A DNA stretch of 64,000 nt from an uncultured Bacillales bacterium (GTDB taxonomy: Bacteria > Bacillota_I > Bacilli_A > RFN20 > CAG-826). The notes under the pieces are model-generated. The model was not told the origin of the DNA. It did not search any database and saw only the letters and a program-made list of their open reading frames with translations. Positions 19,953 to 29,777 of this stretch are shown piece by piece. The translations under genes and the position numbers were made by a program. Location: positions 96,338-160,337 of the forward strand of contig CAJJXG010000001.1 in NCBI GenBank assembly GCA_905197045.1, given 5' to 3'. Every line of letters begins with the position of its first letter. Within the stretch, counting starts at the first letter, position 1.

Positions 19953-20579
19953 ATGTTTATTACTTTTGAAGGACCAGATGGTGCAGGTAAATCCACTATT
20001 ATTAAATTAGTTCACGAAAAATTACTTCAAGATGGTTTCAATATTGTTTTAACACGCGAACCTGGTGGCACTCCTATTGCTGAAAAAATTAGAGATATTA
20101 TCTTAGATAACTCCAATCAGGCTCTTGATGCTAGAACTGAGGCTTTACTTTATGCAGCCAGTCGTCGCCAACACCTTGTCGAAAAAATTTGGCCTGCTTT
20201 AAAAGAGGGTAAAATTGTTCTTTGCGATCGCTTTTTGGATTCAAGTCTTGCTTATCAAGGTGGTGGCAGAAATTTGGGCGTTAAAAACGTTTTAAATATC
20301 AATCTTTTTGCTACAGAAAATACTTATCCTGATTTAACGTTATTTTTTGACGTTTCTCCAGAAGTCGGCTTAGCTCGTGTAAGCAAAGACAAAAAACGTG
20401 TCGCCGACCGTTTAGATAACGAAAACGAAAACTTCCACGATAAAGTTTATAAAACCTTTAAGGAAATTGTTGAGCAAAACAAAAATAGAATTGTTGTCAT
20501 CGACGCATCAAAATCAATTGATGAAGTTGTTGAAACAATTTATAAAATCATCAAAGAAAGATTAAATGGATTACATTAA
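19953..20579 (+). CDS. tmk: thymidylate kinase
   Basis: 208 aa. P-loop FITFEGPDGAGKST, DRF/LID motifs. Confidence 0.9.
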   Translation: MFITFEGPDGAGKSTIIKLVHEKLLQDGFNIVLTREPGGTPIAEKIRDIILDNSNQALDARTEALLYAASRRQHLVEKIWPALKEGKIVLCDRFLDSSLAYQGGGRNLGVKNVLNINLFATENTYPDLTLFFDVSPEVGLARVSKDKKRVADRLDNENENFHDKVYKTFKEIVEQNKNRIVVIDASKSIDEVVETIYKIIKERLNGLH

Positions 20580-21537
20580 TTACCTTAAAACATATCAACA
20601 TGTCCCTTTCAAAATTTTTGAAAATGCATTTAAGCATCACAAAATTTTTCATGCATATCTTTTAGTTGGTGAAAAAGGTACTCCTCTTTTAAACATCGCT
20701 AAGTTTTTAGCCGCTAGTTTAATTGATCCTCAAAGCTCACCTTTTGCTGACTCAAACTCATTAGTTTATCATAGAGTTTTTGAAGAAAATTATGTAGATT
20801 TGCGAGTTTTTGATACAACTAAGGGCTCAATTAAAATTGATCAAATAAGAAATTTAGAGACAGACTTCTCCAAAACTGGATCAGAAAAATATTCAAAAAA
20901 GGTTTATATAATAAATCTTGTTGAAAATCTAAGTTTAGATGCAACTAATGCTCTTTTAAAATTTTTGGAAGAACCTCTTCCTGATACTTATGCTTTTTTA
21001 ACAACAGAAAACGACAAAAGAATTCTTCCAACAATTTTAAGTAGAGTTCAAACTATTCATTTTTCTCTTTTGCCTCAAGAAGATTTAATCCAACAAGCTT
21101 TATCTGAAGGCGTTGAGGAAGAAAAAGCAGAAATACTATCTTTCTTTTTTAATGATTCTGAATTAATTAAAGAAAATGAGAATAATTCTAAAATTAATAA
21201 GATTATAGAATTAAGTTTAACGACTATATCTTTTACTAATTCTTATCCAGAATTATTAAATTATTTATTGAATACTGTTTTTAAAACTATTAAAGAAAAA
21301 GAAGATTATCGTCTATTTTATGATGTTTTTATCATTCTTTTCAAAGAAGCGATAAAAGTAAAATATAAAGACCAAACAGTCCTCACAAAATATGATAAAA
21401 TACTAAATAAGTTAATATCTTTAAACGAAATTGAAGACAAAGTTTTGACATTAATGGATGCTAGAAACGAAATCAATTTTAATTTAAATTTAAGTTTATT
21501 AACATACTCTACTTTTAATAAAATTTTTGGAAATTAA
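20566..21537 (+). CDS. holB: DNA polymerase III subunit delta'
   Basis: 323 aa AAA+-like clamp-loader subunit. Position after tmk as in Bacillus. Confidence 0.8.
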   Translation: MDYINYLKTYQHVPFKIFENAFKHHKIFHAYLLVGEKGTPLLNIAKFLAASLIDPQSSPFADSNSLVYHRVFEENYVDLRVFDTTKGSIKIDQIRNLETDFSKTGSEKYSKKVYIINLVENLSLDATNALLKFLEEPLPDTYAFLTTENDKRILPTILSRVQTIHFSLLPQEDLIQQALSEGVEEEKAEILSFFFNDSELIKENENNSKINKIIELSLTTISFTNSYPELLNYLLNTVFKTIKEKEDYRLFYDVFIILFKEAIKVKYKDQTVLTKYDKILNKLISLNEIEDKVLTLMDARNEINFNLNLSLLTYSTFNKIFGN

Positions 21538-22396
21538 TATGAATTATTGTATAAGTGTTAAATTTGATGAATCTAAAAAGATGTATTACTTTCAAACTGA
21601 TGATGAAAGTATCTCTTTGCATGATTTTGTTGTTGTCGAAACTATTGTCGGCAAAGAACTTGGCGAAGTAGTCTCTGGCAAACTCGATTTAGCTAAACTT
21701 AATTTTGATAAAGAAATTAAACCAATTTTAAGAAAAGCTACAAAAAAAGATATTCAAATATTCAAAGAAAACAAAATTAATGCTAAAAAAGCTGGTGAAA
21801 CATTTGAAAAATTAACTAAAGAATTGAATTTAGATATGCGTTTAATTAAAAGTGAATATACTTTAGACAAAGAGAAAGTTTTATTTACTTATTACAGTGA
21901 AGATAGGGTTGATTTTAGGGAATTACTCAAAAAACTCGCTTCAATTTTAAAGTGCCGTATTGAGTTAAAACAAATTACCGCTAGAGAAAGAGCTGCTTTA
22001 ATTGGAGGATATGGGGTTTGTGGTCTTCCACTTTGCTGCTCTTATATGTATTCAAACCAAGAAGGTATTTCTTTAAACAAGGCTAAAAATCAAATGCTCA
22101 CTATAAACATTCCAAAACTTAGTGGAGTTTGTGGTAAATTAATGTGCTGTCTCAAATATGAGGACGACTTTTATACTGAAGCTAAAAAAGATTTTCCGCC
22201 TATCAATACTACTTTTAAATATAACGGTGAAGAATATAAGGTTTCAAGCTATAACGTTTTAACAAAAATTATAAAATGTGTTGGTCAAGAAAACGTTGAA
22301 TTTTTACCACTCGACGAAGTTCAAAAATACGTCAAACAAAGCGGAAAGCTTCCTCAAAAGAAACAACCAATAAAACCACAAAACAAAAATGCCTAA
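21527..22396 (+). CDS. PSP1 C-terminal domain protein (YaaT/RicT-like)
   Basis: 289 aa. Cys-rich PSP1 domain (GYGVCGLPLCCS..CGKLMCCLKYE). Conserved position between holB and rsmI. Confidence 0.8.
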   Translation: MEINMNYCISVKFDESKKMYYFQTDDESISLHDFVVVETIVGKELGEVVSGKLDLAKLNFDKEIKPILRKATKKDIQIFKENKINAKKAGETFEKLTKELNLDMRLIKSEYTLDKEKVLFTYYSEDRVDFRELLKKLASILKCRIELKQITARERAALIGGYGVCGLPLCCSYMYSNQEGISLNKAKNQMLTINIPKLSGVCGKLMCCLKYEDDFYTEAKKDFPPINTTFKYNGEEYKVSSYNVLTKIIKCVGQENVEFLPLDEVQKYVKQSGKLPQKKQPIKPQNKNA

Positions 22397-23207
22397 TACA
22401 TTATATTTAGTTGCTTCACCAATCGGAAATTTAAATGATGTATCTCCTCGCGTAAAGGAAGTTTTAAATTTTGTTTCTTTTGTTGCTTGTGAAGATACCA
22501 GAAACACATCTAAACTTTTAAGTCTTATTGGTATTAAAAAACCTTGTATTTCGTGTCATGAACATAATGAAAAATCAGAAAGCGAAAAAATCATTAATCG
22601 AATTAAAAATGGTGAAGATGTAGCTTATTTAAGTGATGCCGGTTATCCTTGTATAAGCGATCCTGGTTTTATTCTTTCTAAATTATGTATAGAAAATAAT
22701 ATTAAAGTTGTTCCAATTAGCGGCCCTAATGCTGCTTTAATGGCTTTAATTGCTAGTGGTTTAGATACTAACCATTTCATGTTTTATGGCTTCTTAGATG
22801 CAAAGATTTCAAAAAAAGAGGCGGAAATTGCAGGCTTTTTGGATTTTCCTTACACAATTTTACTATATGAAGCACCACATCGAATAAATGAAACTTTAAC
22901 TTCTTTATATAAAATTTTAGGTAACAGAAAAATAGTTATTGCTCGCGAATTAACTAAACTATACGAAGAATTTATTCGAAGTGATTTAAAAACACTTTGT
23001 GAAGAAAAGCGTGAATTTAAAGGTGAGCTCGTTCTTGTTTTAGAAGGAAATAGTAAAACAAATAATCAAGAAATAAACGAAGAGATGATATTAAAAGCTA
23101 ATAAATTATTAAAACTAGGTTATTCCAAAAAAGACGTTGCTTCTATTTTATCTGAACTTTTTGATATTAATAAAAATAAACTATATAAAGAATTAATCAA
23201 AAACTAG
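22389..23207 (+). CDS. rsmI: 16S rRNA (cytidine1402-2'-O)-methyltransferase RsmI
   Basis: 272 aa. Tetrapyrrole-methylase fold (LYLVASPIGNLNDVS.., GDV..LSDAGYPCISDPG). Confidence 0.9.
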   Translation: MPNTLYLVASPIGNLNDVSPRVKEVLNFVSFVACEDTRNTSKLLSLIGIKKPCISCHEHNEKSESEKIINRIKNGEDVAYLSDAGYPCISDPGFILSKLCIENNIKVVPISGPNAALMALIASGLDTNHFMFYGFLDAKISKKEAEIAGFLDFPYTILLYEAPHRINETLTSLYKILGNRKIVIARELTKLYEEFIRSDLKTLCEEKREFKGELVLVLEGNSKTNNQEINEEMILKANKLLKLGYSKKDVASILSELFDINKNKLYKELIKN

Positions 23208-26200
23208 TCATTATGTTTTTCGATTAGATAATTGTATTTTTTAATAACTTCAGGGTCTATTTTTAAAACTTTTCTATCAAAAGTATAAATACCATTATAT
23301 TCAGTTTCACAATCAGCAAGTTGAGTATAAATTATGCCTTTTAAAATGCCTTCATCTACTAAATTCACAAGTTTTTTGTATAACTTTTCATAGTGAGCTG
23401 TAAGACTAGTTTTTGTAAAAGACAAGGAATGAGAAAAGCAACCTTTATAAAGAGAATGTCCTTTTACTTTTAAGCCTCTTCCACCGCATTCAGATAAAAT
23501 ATAAGGTTTATTTTCTTTTTTATCATATCTTTTTCTAGTTTGAAAAATGTATGCATGAATTGAATACAAATCTCTTTTATTAGCTATATACCATCCACTT
23601 GCTGTGTCGTAGATTCTTGAAGGATCATATTCTTTAGCAATATCATAAATCTCATCAGGTTCAAATTCTCCCCATCCTTCATTAAATAAGGTGTAACAAA
23701 TTATTGAAGGATAATTATAAAGCTCAGAAAGTATTTCTTGCATTTCAAGTAAATACATCTTTTTAGACTTATCATTTTTACGCCCTATTTTTTCTTCATG
23801 CATCCAACCAAGTTTATTAAAGAGTTTAATATTAAATCTAGGGAAGGCTATATTGAAGAATTTATATTTATATCCACCATTTGGTATATCTTGAATAACA
23901 AGCATTCCATATTTATCGCAAAGGTAATAAAAATAATCCATTTCTATTTTGATATGTTTACGTATTGTGTTATAGCCTAAACTTTTTAAATTCAAAATAT
24001 CTTTTTCATAATCTAGTATTGAAGATGGTGTTAATGAGTTTGGATAATAATAACCTTGATCAAGTAAACCATTTAAAATAACTTCTTTATTGTTTAAATA
24101 AATCGCAGAAACTCCATTATTTTCTTTAACTTCAATTTTTCTAAATCCAAAATATGATTTAATCTTGTCTTCCTTATAAGTTATTAAAACATCATATAAA
24201 TAAGGATTTTTATATGACCAACTTATAGGGTTTTCTAAAGTTATTAAATTCTCTTTGTTAGTTTCAAGATTATATGTTTTACCATCAATTTCAATTAAAG
24301 CTTTTTCAAAAAGAGTGTTGTTAGTCATAACAATGACTCCAACTTGCTTTTCATCATAATGAATCTTAAATTTAACGTCACGAATATAATCTTTTTCAAC
24401 AACTTCCATCCAAACAGGTTTATAAATCCCACTGCTTGAAGAATAAAAACAAGTTCCTGGAGATAAGGTTTGTTTTCCTCTTGAATAATAAAGTGCATCG
24501 GTAAAATCACGAACTTTAATTATAATTTCATTATTTTCTTTTAAAAAGGAAGTAATATTAACCGAAGTTTTTGTATAAGCAGAATCATGATAAGTTACAA
24601 AATTACCATTAATAAAAAGATCAAAAACTTGGTCGACTCCATCTAGATGTAAAATATAGCGTTTTGATTTATCTAAATCAGGTAGAGAAAAGTTTTTACG
24701 ATAAACAAGCAATTCATCAACTTCTAAAAGATGATTAATATTAGAAAATGGCGCTTCGACAGCATATGGAACGTTAATTTTTAGATTAAAATCTTTTTCA
24801 TCTTCTTTTTTAATGATTTTTAAATCCCATTCTCCAGTAAGATTAATAAATGAATCTCTTACGAGGTTTGGTCTAGGGTATTCTTTAAAAGAAATATGAT
24901 TAACGTCTCTAATTTCTTTGCCTTCTTTCTTTAAAAGATCGTTAACAAGCGTTCCGTTATTTTTAGGAATTTTCTTTGTATATTTAAATACGAAAAATAA
25001 TGGAATTAATACAAGGGCTAATACTCCTAGCGCAACGAGATATCCATAATTAGAAGGTAAGGCGTTAGGGTAATTAAATTGATCATAATAAATTTCACCA
25101 TATGTATTGTTAAGCGCGCTTCCAATAAAAGGACCAATACACATAGGCAGAGCTACAACAAAAACCATTCTAATTCCCATGAAAATCCCTTCATTTCCCT
25201 TAGGAATATAACTTCTAATAAGCGAATTTAAGATGGCCGGAAAACTTACATAACCTAAAATCATTATTAATCCACTAATTGCAGTATAGGCAATTCTAAA
25301 GGCTTCATTTTCAATATATGGAGCAAAAAACATCATAAATAAACCTATCGCAGTAATTAATAATGTTGGAATTAACATTTTTGTTTTGCCTTTTTTATCA
25401 GCTCTAAAGCCAATAAAAACACTTAGGACAGAGCCAAATAATAAAGCAATTGCCATAACTATTGCAAAAGGCGTTAAAAAGGAAGAACCAGTATTTGATA
25501 TTGCACATGTTCTTTCTACATAAATCATTAAATATGGGAAATAAATCTGAACTGATACATTAAAAATAAAATAAGCAATTAAGATAATATAAAGAAGTTT
25601 ATTTTTCTTAATAACCGATGGCTTAAAGCCCTCTATTAATAATGAAAAATAAGGCTCATTCTTCTTTTCGTTATCTTTTTCTTTTGGAATTAAAAAGAAA
25701 GAAATTATTCCAACAACTAAAACGATTCCACCAACTATATAAAAGAATAGATCCCATCTATTTCCACTAGCCTCAGTTGTTAACCCATTTAAACCAACAA
25801 AAATAATAAGCATCGCAACTAAAGGTAAAATTCCTAGAACTCCTTCTACTTTAGCTCTATTTTTATCATCAATGTTTTTAGTTATGTATGAATTAAAGGC
25901 CGCATCATTGCCAGTTGAACCAAAAAAGGTCATTATACAATCTATAACAATAACCATTATTGCGGCAGTTACTGCACTCATTGCAATAGGAATAATTTCA
26001 ACAGCGCCGTAAACATTTAATAAGCCAAACGAAGCAGTTGAAACACCCCACAAAATGTATCCAAGCGATATAAATATTTTTCTTTTTCTTAATTTATCAC
26101 TTAAACCACCCATAAAAAGGGTTGTTAAAGTTGCAGTCACTGCACTTAATGCAGTAGTAATTGAAATTAAGAGATTATAATCGAATTTTTCTGATGTTGG

Positions 26201-26410
26201 AGCATTGAAATTTAAATAAGCTATATATGTATTTAAGTACATGTTTTCAATTGACCAAGCAAATTGCCCTGCTAAACCAATTAAAATAACAATAAGCCAC
26301 ATTCTTAAGCCAACTTTATTGGCTTTTTTAGAACTTAATTCAATTCTTTGCTTCATCATCCTTCCCCCCTTCGTTTTCTCTTTCAAATGGAGTAAGGCCA
26401 ATAACGTCAC
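23204..26410 (-). CDS. fusion protein: N-terminal GPH/MFS-type sugar:cation symporter (about 12 TM) with a C-terminal glycoside hydrolase family 2 (beta-galactosidase / beta-glucuronidase-like) catalytic module
   Basis: 1068 aa. Residues about 20-480 are polytopic membrane with the GPH-like motif GGLSDKLRKRK. From about residue 520 the GH2 N-terminal sugar-binding start appears (RPNLVRDSFINLTGEWDL, compare the GusA/LacZ N-terminus). The TIM-barrel carries the acid/base NE (TLFNEGWGE) and the nucleophile (ILSECGG). The true start is possibly the internal MMKQ (about 26359). Confidence 0.75.
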   Translation of the reverse strand: MTLLALLHLKEKTKGGRMMKQRIELSSKKANKVGLRMWLIVILIGLAGQFAWSIENMYLNTYIAYLNFNAPTSEKFDYNLLISITTALSAVTATLTTLFMGGLSDKLRKRKIFISLGYILWGVSTASFGLLNVYGAVEIIPIAMSAVTAAIMVIVIDCIMTFFGSTGNDAAFNSYITKNIDDKNRAKVEGVLGILPLVAMLIIFVGLNGLTTEASGNRWDLFFYIVGGIVLVVGIISFFLIPKEKDNEKKNEPYFSLLIEGFKPSVIKKNKLLYIILIAYFIFNVSVQIYFPYLMIYVERTCAISNTGSSFLTPFAIVMAIALLFGSVLSVFIGFRADKKGKTKMLIPTLLITAIGLFMMFFAPYIENEAFRIAYTAISGLIMILGYVSFPAILNSLIRSYIPKGNEGIFMGIRMVFVVALPMCIGPFIGSALNNTYGEIYYDQFNYPNALPSNYGYLVALGVLALVLIPLFFVFKYTKKIPKNNGTLVNDLLKKEGKEIRDVNHISFKEYPRPNLVRDSFINLTGEWDLKIIKKEDEKDFNLKINVPYAVEAPFSNINHLLEVDELLVYRKNFSLPDLDKSKRYILHLDGVDQVFDLFINGNFVTYHDSAYTKTSVNITSFLKENNEIIIKVRDFTDALYYSRGKQTLSPGTCFYSSSSGIYKPVWMEVVEKDYIRDVKFKIHYDEKQVGVIVMTNNTLFEKALIEIDGKTYNLETNKENLITLENPISWSYKNPYLYDVLITYKEDKIKSYFGFRKIEVKENNGVSAIYLNNKEVILNGLLDQGYYYPNSLTPSSILDYEKDILNLKSLGYNTIRKHIKIEMDYFYYLCDKYGMLVIQDIPNGGYKYKFFNIAFPRFNIKLFNKLGWMHEEKIGRKNDKSKKMYLLEMQEILSELYNYPSIICYTLFNEGWGEFEPDEIYDIAKEYDPSRIYDTASGWYIANKRDLYSIHAYIFQTRKRYDKKENKPYILSECGGRGLKVKGHSLYKGCFSHSLSFTKTSLTAHYEKLYKKLVNLVDEGILKGIIYTQLADCETEYNGIYTFDRKVLKIDPEVIKKYNYLIEKHND

Positions 26411-26705
26411 TTACCTTCACAGAAAAAGCTATTCCGCTTCCTTTTGTATCAAGCCCAACTTCTTTATAAATATTTAACATGACTTGATCTTTTATTTCTT
26501 CATCAACAAGAATAAACACAATTTCTTTTTCGGGTTGAATAACTATTCCAAAAAAAGATCCAAGTTCTTTATTGCCAGTTCCATGAGCAACAAAAGTTGT
26601 TCCTCCTCTAGCACCGCATTGTTTAGCAGCATCCATTACTGCCCCAGTGTAACCTTGATTAACGATAACAATTATTAACTCATAATTCTTTTTGTTTTCT
26701 TCCAT
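26340..26705 (-). CDS. P-II-like (GlnB-fold) small signal-transduction protein, copy B
   Basis: 121 aa. Beta-alpha-beta core ELIIVIVNQG..AAKQCGARGGTTFVAHGTG parallels the GlnB pattern EAIIKPFK..ALAEVGITGMTVTEVKGFG. Overlaps copy A by 26 nt. Confidence 0.65.
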   Translation of the reverse strand: MEENKKNYELIIVIVNQGYTGAVMDAAKQCGARGGTTFVAHGTGNKELGSFFGIVIQPEKEIVFILVDEEIKDQVMLNIYKEVGLDTKGSGIAFSVKVSDVIGLTPFERENEGGKDDEAKN

Positions 26706-27126
26706 TATCGTTCCTCCTTTTGTTTTCTCTGATATTTGCTAAATATTTATAAACCAAAACTCCTGCTACCGAATCAATATCAACGCAAAAGCTTATTCCT
26801 TTATATTTTTTATTTGCATAAAATCTTGTAGAAACAATTTTCTTTAATTCTTCTATATCGCTTTCTTTTACTAAAGACAAAACTATATCTTTTTTTGTTT
26901 CCCCAATTCCAAGAATTTCATAAATTTCTTTTGTTGCGGTGCCTGTGCCAAAAACTTTAAATGAAGCAGCCACTTTTTTCTTTTCAAATTCACGCACAAA
27001 AAAGTCACCTTGACCACGATCGATAATAATAACCATTATCTTTAGTTTGGCTATCTCATAATCCTTATCATAATTTGCGGAGCCTTCTTTGACTTCTATT
27101 TCTTCCTTTTTCTTTTTAAAAAACAT
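26680..27126 (-). CDS. P-II-like small protein, copy A (the start may be an internal Met)
   Basis: 148 aa. Core KIMVIIIDRGQGDFFVREFEKKKVAASFKVFGTGTA has the same fold pattern as copy B. Lies immediately downstream of the DUF1538 gene. Confidence 0.6.
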   Translation of the reverse strand: MFFKKKKEEIEVKEGSANYDKDYEIAKLKIMVIIIDRGQGDFFVREFEKKKVAASFKVFGTGTATKEIYEILGIGETKKDIVLSLVKESDIEELKKIVSTRFYANKKYKGISFCVDIDSVAGVLVYKYLANIRENKRRNDNGRKQKEL

Positions 27127-27134
27127 CTTTCTAC

Positions 27135-28691
27135 CTACATATGAATAATTTGTGCGTCGTTAGTTTCTTTAACTTTCTTTTGAACCATCTTATGCTTAAG
27201 ACGGATTTTAATTGTTGCTTGAAGTCCTAGTAATTGAATACAAATTACAGGTACAGCACTAATTAAGCCAATTACACCAAATCCGCTATTTTCGCCAACT
27301 ATACTTGCTATGCCCATGACAAAAGGCAAAACAAAGCAAGAAGACATCGTGCCGCTTGCTACTCCTCCAGAGTCAAAAGCAATCGCTGTATAAATATCTG
27401 GTACTGCAAAAGATAAAGAAATCCCAAGTAAATAAAGAGGGACATAATAATATACAATCGAAAAATTCCCAAATAATTCTCTTACAACTTCTAAAACTAT
27501 TGCTAAAGCAACTCCAAGACAAAGAGTAATTAACATTTTATTTTTTGAAATTGTGCCGCCGCTTATCTCTTCAACTTGTTGATTCAATATATGAACACCA
27601 GGTTCAACCAAAACAACAGCAAAACCAATTACAATAGCTAAAATTATAAGAAGATAGTTATAACTACCGCCATGAATTGGATTTCCTAAATTATTCCCTA
27701 AAGAAAAACCTACTGGAATAAGACCAAATTTTGCTGCAACAAGAAAAATAGTTAATCCGCAATAGGTATAAATAAAACCTAAAACAATCTTAATCAATTC
27801 TTTTAGCGGTAGCTTAATATAAATGAATTGATAAATTATGAAAAAGACAAAAATTGGAACAATTGCAAGTAAAACCTCTAGGCATGTTGAAGATAAAACT
27901 TCAACAAAAGGGGAATCGACATCAATTGTATTTTTAAGTTGGCTAAAGTCAGTAAAACTACTCAAGCTCAAAAATAAGATCATTGTTGTAATTAATGGTC
28001 CAATTGAGCATATGCCAGTAATACCGAAAGAATCGCTTAATGCGTTTTTACCGCCTCTAACAGTTGCTACGCCAGCTCCAAAAGTAAGTAAAAATGGAAC
28101 AGTTACAGGTCCGGTAGTAACTCCACCAGAATCAAAAGCAATAGAAATAATTGCTTCTCCATTTTTCCCATCAAGCAAGCAGCCTAAGGCAAAAACTATA
28201 AAATAGAAAAATATTAACCATATTTTTAAGTTTTGCTGAAAGATAATTCTTAATAAGCCAATAACTAAAAATATTCCAACTCCTACACCAATAAAAATCT
28301 TTAAAATCCACGGATTAATGTAAGATGATAATAAATCACCTAAGACTGTAAGATCAGGTTCAGCAATAGTAATCATTAAACCTAATAAAAAAGAAATGAC
28401 TACCATAAAAATGATAGATTGCTTTTTGGTGAGGCTAGAGCCGATATATTGGCCAACCTTACTCATTGATATTTCACTACCAAAAGAAAACATGGCCATC
28501 CCTAAAATCAAAAAGATTAAACAAACCAAAAAGGTGATAAGCATGCTCACCGAAATGGTTTCTGAAGGCATTAAAAAAGAGTATTGTAATCCAAAAATCA
28601 CAACAACAATTAGGGAAATAGGCACGACACTAATGGCGGCCTCAAGCAATTTTTGACCGGCATCTTTAAACATATTTTTATTATAATTCAA
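27135..28691 (-). CDS. DUF1538-family polytopic membrane protein (duplicated-repeat architecture), putative transporter
   Basis: 518 aa, more than 12 predicted TM helices, Gly-rich re-entrant-like segments (FDSGGVTTGPVTVPF.. and AFDSGGVASGTMSSCFV) repeated in the two halves. Gene-neighbourhood association with P-II-like genes. Confidence 0.7.
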   Translation of the reverse strand: MNYNKNMFKDAGQKLLEAAISVVPISLIVVVIFGLQYSFLMPSETISVSMLITFLVCLIFLILGMAMFSFGSEISMSKVGQYIGSSLTKKQSIIFMVVISFLLGLMITIAEPDLTVLGDLLSSYINPWILKIFIGVGVGIFLVIGLLRIIFQQNLKIWLIFFYFIVFALGCLLDGKNGEAIISIAFDSGGVTTGPVTVPFLLTFGAGVATVRGGKNALSDSFGITGICSIGPLITTMILFLSLSSFTDFSQLKNTIDVDSPFVEVLSSTCLEVLLAIVPIFVFFIIYQFIYIKLPLKELIKIVLGFIYTYCGLTIFLVAAKFGLIPVGFSLGNNLGNPIHGGSYNYLLIILAIVIGFAVVLVEPGVHILNQQVEEISGGTISKNKMLITLCLGVALAIVLEVVRELFGNFSIVYYYVPLYLLGISLSFAVPDIYTAIAFDSGGVASGTMSSCFVLPFVMGIASIVGENSGFGVIGLISAVPVICIQLLGLQATIKIRLKHKMVQKKVKETNDAQIIHM

Positions 28692-28796
28692 TTAGAAACA
28701 TTTTTATATAAAAAGTTTCTGCAAATTTATGATAAATTTTTAAAATACTCAGCAAAAACGCATTATTTTACAAAATTTTTAAAGAGTAAAATAATT

Positions 28797-29777
28797 TCAA
28801 AATTGGTGTTTATTTGGAACTTTTTTATCGATATTTCCAACTAATTTTTCAAATTCTTGAGGTATTTTGGTTGATAGCTTATAAGTTTTATTTGTTAAAG
28901 GGTTTTTTATAATTAATTCATAAGCATGAAGACATAGTCTGCCTATTGGATTTTCTGGCTCTCCATATTTGTCATCACCTAAAACAAAATGACCTAAACT
29001 ACCTAAAGTGACTCTAATTTGATTTTTTCGACCTGTAAAAATTGAAACATCAAGTAGAGAATATTTCTCATTTTCTTTTATAACTTTATATTCGGTGATA
29101 CATTTTTGAGCTTTCTTGTCTTTTGAAGAAGTTACATACATTAAATTTAAGGCATTCATTCTTAAATAATTAATTATCTTTTTACTTTTTTCTTCCATTA
29201 CTCCTTCAACCACAGCATAATACCCTCTTTTAGAGACTAGGTCATTCCACTTATTTTGAAACTCTTCCTTTAATTTTTCATTTTTTGCAAAAATTAAAAC
29301 GCCACTTGTTTCCTTATCAAGACGATGAACAACATAGATTCGATTATGTTTGTCTTTTGCTTGTATATAATCCATCACCATACGATATGCGGTAGAAGAC
29401 TTTTCTTTATCGCTTGCTACACTTAATAAACCAAATGGCTTATTAATTGCGATAATGTCACTATCTTCATATATAATTGGTAAATCTTTACGTGTCTTTT
29501 TACGAATAGGTTTTTTAGAGATTATTAAAGTATCTCCTTTTGTTAAAAGGAAATTAAATTGACTAACAGGCGCTCCATCAATTGAGATTAAATGATGAGA
29601 AAGTAAACTTTTAGCATTATTTCTTGAAAAATGGAGCTCATCAATTAAATACGATAAAAGTTCTGAATCTTTTTTAACTAAAAATTCCTTAATATCTAAT
29701 TCTTTTTTAGCTTGATATTCTTCTAAACTTTTACCTTTAAATCTATTTTTTAAGTTATCTTTGTAATTTTTATTCAT
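28797..29777 (-). CDS. RluA-family 23S rRNA pseudouridine synthase with N-terminal S4 domain (RluD-like)
   Basis: 326 aa. Catalytic motif HRLDKETSGVLIFAKN. Confidence 0.85.
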   Translation of the reverse strand: MNKNYKDNLKNRFKGKSLEEYQAKKELDIKEFLVKKDSELLSYLIDELHFSRNNAKSLLSHHLISIDGAPVSQFNFLLTKGDTLIISKKPIRKKTRKDLPIIYEDSDIIAINKPFGLLSVASDKEKSSTAYRMVMDYIQAKDKHNRIYVVHRLDKETSGVLIFAKNEKLKEEFQNKWNDLVSKRGYYAVVEGVMEEKSKKIINYLRMNALNLMYVTSSKDKKAQKCITEYKVIKENEKYSLLDVSIFTGRKNQIRVTLGSLGHFVLGDDKYGEPENPIGRLCLHAYELIIKNPLTNKTYKLSTKIPQEFEKLVGNIDKKVPNKHQF

